Shown one piece after another: positions 60,179-64,000 of a stretch of DNA of 64,000 nucleotides. Position numbers and translations under genes: made by a program. The number at the start of each line of letters is the position of its first letter. The first letter of the stretch is position 1. The DNA comes from an uncultured Chitinophagaceae bacterium (lineage in GTDB: Bacteria; Bacteroidota; Bacteroidia; Chitinophagales; Chitinophagaceae). The stretch is from positions 8,865-72,864 of the forward strand of contig CAVWGT010000002.1 of assembly GCA_963754585.1 (NCBI GenBank), written 5' to 3'. The notes beneath the pieces were generated by a model. That model searched no databases. It was not told where the DNA came from and saw only the letters and a list, made by a program, of their open reading frames with translations.

Positions 60179-62284
60179 ATGATCATTAAAATAAATTTTT
60201 ATACAACAATACTATACTTATGTATGATCGGGATTTGTTTTGGGCAAGTGAAGGCGCCAAAACCCATGGGTCCAGCGCCAACGGAAAATCAGGTAAGATG
60301 GCAGGAAATGGAATATTACGCTTTCATCCATTTTTCTACCAATACGTTTACTGACCAGGAATGGGGTTATGGTGAAGCCGATGATGCAAAACTGTTCAAT
60401 CCAACGAATCTGGACTGCGATCAGTGGGCAAGGGTTTGCAAAAATTCGGGTATGAAAGGAATTATCATTACAGCCAAGCACCACTCAGGGTTCTGCCTGT
60501 GGCCGACTGAAACCACGGAATATTCCATAAAGAACAGCCCCTGGAAAGACGGCAAAGGTGATATCATTGGTGATCTGGCAAAAGCATGCAGAAAATACGG
60601 GCTAAAGCTGGGCATCTACATCTCGCCATGGGATAGGAACAATCCGAGTTACGGGATTCTTGACCCGGACGGCAGTGCGCCTTATGTAAAAAATGTTTTT
60701 CGCAAACAAATTGAGGAATGCCTGACCAAGTACGGTGATGTTTTCGAAATTTGGTTTGATGGAGCCAACGGCGGCGATGGCTATTACGGCGGGGCACGAA
60801 CCAGCCGGAAAATTGACCGGACTACTTATTACGACTGGGCAAACACCTATAAGATGATCCGGAAACTTCAGCCAAAAATCGTCATCTGGAACGACAACGG
60901 TGACCGGGCAGATCTTCGCTGGGTAGGAACCGAATCGGGTTATGTAGGTGAAACCAACTGGAGTCTTTTAAATGCCAAGGGTGATGTACCCCATCATATG
61001 TTAGCTCACGGTGTAGAAAACGGCGATTCCTGGGTACCTGGCGAGGTAAATACTTCCATACGCCCCGGATGGTTTTACCATGAATATGAAGATAGCCGCG
61101 TAAAGACGCTGCCGGAACTGCTTAAAGTTTATTACAGTTCATTCGGACGAAACGGAACCATGCTCCTTAATTTCCCTATCGATAAGACAGGCCGGATCCA
61201 TCAGACAGATGAAAAGGCGGCGCTGGAGCTGGCTGGTGCAGTAAAAGAAGCATTTGCCGTAGATCTGGCCAAAAAAGCGAAGGCAAGCGCGTCAAATATT
61301 CGGGGCAAGTCCAAGGAATTTGGAGCGGACAAGGCATTAGATGGAGATAAAAATACTTACTGGGCCACAGACGATGGAGAGAAAACAGCTTCACTTACGA
61401 TTGATTTTGGTGCTCCGAAAGCCTTTAACCGGTTCCTGGCTCAGGAATATATTCGGCTGGGGCAGCGGGTGAAATCCTTTACAATTGAAGCATTCATAAA
61501 TGGCAAATGGCAGCAGCTGGATAAACAAACTACGATTGGTTATAAGCGAATACTGTCATTTCCAACCGTGACAGCTTCACAGCTGCGCTTTACGATCACT
61601 GATGCAAAAGCAAGCCCTGTCATTTCTAATGTCAGTGTCTACAATGCTCCGCAAATATTGGAAATCCCGCGTATCACCCGTGCTAAAACGGGAGCAATCA
61701 CCATCAGTGCATCGGACAAAGAATCACAGATTTTCTATACGCTGGATGGAAGCGAGCCAACCAAAAAGTCAACCAGGTATGACAGGCCCATTGAAGAAGT
61801 AAATAAGGTGAACGTACGTGCGATCGCCCATGATCCAGCTTCCGGCAAAAACAGTCCTATAGGCGAGGAGGAATTTGACATATCCCGAAAAAAATGGAAG
61901 ATCGTAGGTATTGACGACGACAAAGTGAACAACATTATTGACGGAAACAGTAATTCGGATTGGTTTCAACCCCAAAATAACAAATTGCCTGCCAGCATTG
62001 TAATTGACCTTGGCGAGCAGCAAAATCTAGCAGGTTTTAAATACCTTCCAAGCCAGAGCCGAAATGCCGGAATTATTACCAATTACCAGTTTTTGATTTC
62101 TTCTGACAACAAGCAATGGAGCGTAGCAGATGAAGGGGAGTTTTCTAATATTAAAAATAATCCACTATGGCAAATTAAAAAGTTCGCCCCCGTTAAAGCA
62201 CGATATATCAAATTGGTAGGCATTCGTAACACACAGGAAAATGATGCAGTGGGGTACGCTGAAATTGACGTTCTGACACACTGA
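60179..62284 (+). CDS. GH29 alpha-L-fucosidase with C-terminal F5/8 type C (discoidin) domains
   Basis: FIHFSTNTFTDQEWGYG, TAKHHSGFCLWPT, YISPWDRN, EIWFDGANGG. C-terminal NTYWATDDG and SDWFQPQ discoidin-like modules. Confidence 0.9.
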   Translation: MIIKINFYTTILYLCMIGICFGQVKAPKPMGPAPTENQVRWQEMEYYAFIHFSTNTFTDQEWGYGEADDAKLFNPTNLDCDQWARVCKNSGMKGIIITAKHHSGFCLWPTETTEYSIKNSPWKDGKGDIIGDLAKACRKYGLKLGIYISPWDRNNPSYGILDPDGSAPYVKNVFRKQIEECLTKYGDVFEIWFDGANGGDGYYGGARTSRKIDRTTYYDWANTYKMIRKLQPKIVIWNDNGDRADLRWVGTESGYVGETNWSLLNAKGDVPHHMLAHGVENGDSWVPGEVNTSIRPGWFYHEYEDSRVKTLPELLKVYYSSFGRNGTMLLNFPIDKTGRIHQTDEKAALELAGAVKEAFAVDLAKKAKASASNIRGKSKEFGADKALDGDKNTYWATDDGEKTASLTIDFGAPKAFNRFLAQEYIRLGQRVKSFTIEAFINGKWQQLDKQTTIGYKRILSFPTVTASQLRFTITDAKASPVISNVSVYNAPQILEIPRITRAKTGAITISASDKESQIFYTLDGSEPTKKSTRYDRPIEEVNKVNVRAIAHDPASGKNSPIGEEEFDISRKKWKIVGIDDDKVNNIIDGNSNSDWFQPQNNKLPASIVIDLGEQQNLAGFKYLPSQSRNAGIITNYQFLISSDNKQWSVADEGEFSNIKNNPLWQIKKFAPVKARYIKLVGIRNTQENDAVGYAEIDVLTH

Positions 62285-62619
62285 TCTGAAATCTTCAATC
62301 TAATAAAGTGCCGTTTGGTTTGAGTTGAACTAACTTGCTCCAAGCGGCACATTATTTACAATAGATTTACAGAGCCTCCCTTCATGAAAACAGCTTCAAA
62401 TCCCGTAGTCAAAATAGTTTGCAAACTCATAAATTACGAGCCTATATTCTTGCTGAAAGAAAGTCTTAGAACGTTAGCCGGTGAGCGCAGTTTTCGGATC
62501 CTGTACTGATAAACATAAAGATCTCTATTAGTTTGAGGGACTCCCAGTTCTTGGATAGTTAAAACTTGAAAATTGGGTCGGTATTTTCCTCTTTTTTCAC
62601 CCGCATCACCATCTCATCA

Positions 62620-62960
62620 TCAGGAGCCGTCCGCGGCTACGGTTAAGTTCCCCAATGAACAATGCGGCCTGAAACTATTATACTCTTGTCGCCAACTTTC
62701 AGTTTTTTCCTGTGCTTCTTCAAGTGATAAAAACCAATGTGCGTTTAAGCATTCATCCGCACGGCGGATTGCTTAGCTAAAAGCTGGTGATCATATAATC
62801 ACCATTAAATCGCAGCTTGCGGTTACTAAAATATTTTATACAACGTTTTCTATAACTTGGATTATTTCGCCGGGTCCTTGTAGAACACATTGGAATGAAG
62901 GTTAATAACTTTTGTCCACTTGACGATTCGACAAAAGGGTCATCTTCCATTTATACCTTT
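62620..62960 (-). pseudogene. IS3-family transposase remnant (3' end of the rve/integrase-core ORF only)
   Basis: My own translation of 62772-62620: [44 protein letters not shown]..., the conserved IS3 OrfB C-terminus. Upstream there are only degenerate traces (RFNG, KLLTFI). A possible terminal TGTACTGA lies at 62512-62519. Confidence 0.6.
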
Positions 62961-63064
62961 TATGAAGATCATAATTGTTATGTTTTTAGGAATTATATAT
63001 AAGCTACATAGGAATAATAACCTTGTTGTATAAGTTTTATTAAATACTTGCAACCTAAAATTCC

Positions 63065-63334
63065 TTAACCGACTGTAGTGGATGCAAATTTTTCAAAGTA
63101 AATTTTGAAACTAGTTAGATCTGACTTGGAAATCTTGTTCAGTTCGGACTGGGTAATATTCATTTTATATACCTTTCCAGGGTAAGATGTGGAGGTGAAT
63201 TGAATACAAATGATTTGATCTTCGTCTTGATTCAAGACGTTTTCTTGGTATTTATTAATACCAAGAATATTGATTCCTGTCACCTGCAACAGCATCTGAC
63301 GTATACCGGACAATTCAAAACCACTGTCATTCAT
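63065..63334 (-). CDS. Hypothetical small protein (89 aa) in the AT-rich region
   Basis: ORF only; no recognisable motif. Confidence 0.3.
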   Translation of the reverse strand: MNDSGFELSGIRQMLLQVTGINILGINKYQENVLNQDEDQIICIQFTSTSYPGKVYKMNITQSELNKISKSDLTSFKIYFEKFASTTVG

Positions 63335-63468
63335 TATTTCATTTTTTTGTTGAGTGATACGGTTAATTCTGCAAATTAGGTTTTTTTCTTAAAGTTTGGA
63401 TCAGGAAATAGAAGCTAAAATTTAAAGGTGGATGACATGTTCAATATTTATATTGCAGGCTGAATAAT

Positions 63469-63705
63469 TTATGTAATTAAATCGTATAAATTAAATTCCT
63501 GAACTGTTTCATCAGTCTGAATCAGCGCCGTCAGCTTTCCTGAGTTAAAGTTAAGTTCAATACTGACCTTCTCGATAGTTTGAATTTTGGCGTGTATTTT
63601 TAAATTGGACAGGATATTTGTCTGATAATATTTTAATATTTTATCCTTACCGTCCGGATCGCGGTAGATGTTCAAAAAAAGAAGATATTTAGGGCTTTCA
63701 ATCAA
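63469..63705 (-). CDS. Hypothetical small protein (78 aa) in the AT-rich region
   Basis: ORF only; no recognisable motif. Confidence 0.3.
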   Translation of the reverse strand: MIESPKYLLFLNIYRDPDGKDKILKYYQTNILSNLKIHAKIQTIEKVSIELNFNSGKLTALIQTDETVQEFNLYDLIT

Positions 63706-64000
63706 ATTAAGAATCTTATCCGTTTCGGCCCAAATTAATTATACGGCCTTCATTTGGATCCAACTTTTGTGCATGCATCCTGCGCTGGTTTTTCTGCGGA
63801 TAGGGCGTGGCAATAAATCCCTTTTCCTATCCGTATCAGCGGCCACTGCAGACGCTGGACTACCAGGAAATGGGTATTTTGCCGGAGCAGGTCTTTTATC
63901 AGTGGAAGATTTAATAGCTCAAACGGGTTGTAGGGTACAGACATAAAATGGATTGTGTGCTCTGACTGGGTATATCTTGTTTTGGTTAGGTGAACCGACT

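Overview
This is a Bacteroidota-type chromosomal segment. The evidence is T9SS type A and B sorting domains, a SusC/SusD pair, LytS/LytTR two-component pairs and CTnDOT-like tra/mob genes.

Layout:
- 1-11.1 kb: the end of a surface adhesin, an ABC exporter, a DUF1080 protein, an XRE regulator, and a TlpA-like protein followed by SusC/SusD.
- 11.1-20.8 kb: a block encoded entirely on the minus strand. It holds a small secreted Cys peptide, a MauE/DoxX membrane protein, a Crp/Fnr regulator, a 396-aa unknown, an unannotated 47-aa Ser/Thr/Cys-rich peptide gene, a LytS-type kinase, a LytTR regulator and a 1025-aa full-length LanB-type lanthipeptide dehydratase. No cyclase, protease or exporter lies nearby.
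- 21.5-22.3 kb: a decayed tyrosine-integrase gene.
- 22.7-31.3 kb: a 1160-aa T9SS protein built of 50-aa repeats, a 1-Cys peroxiredoxin, and a LytTR regulator with a propeller-type histidine kinase.
- 31.85 kb: a tRNA 3'-end fragment with its own terminator, which looks like an integration scar. It is followed by probable cargo: two CheY-like proteins, an AraC regulator, an aldehyde dehydrogenase and a DUF779 protein.
- 36.2-54.1 kb: a Bacteroidetes-type conjugative element. It has a coupling protein, relaxase, MobA-like protein, three paralogous unknowns, and TraN, M, K, J, G, F and E.
- 55.2-62.3 kb: an L-fucose utilisation cluster.
- 62.3-64 kb: an AT-rich end with an IS3-family remnant.

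The most interesting signal is the orphan LanB locus. The candidate precursor gene, the LytTR regulator gene and lanB each carry the same TCACATAAATT-containing motif 62-81 nt upstream. The peptide and lanB copies share 23 of 24 nt.

About 30 frame changes interrupt otherwise recognisable genes. Those I inspected sit at short homopolymer runs, so sequencing indels are as likely as true pseudogenisation.
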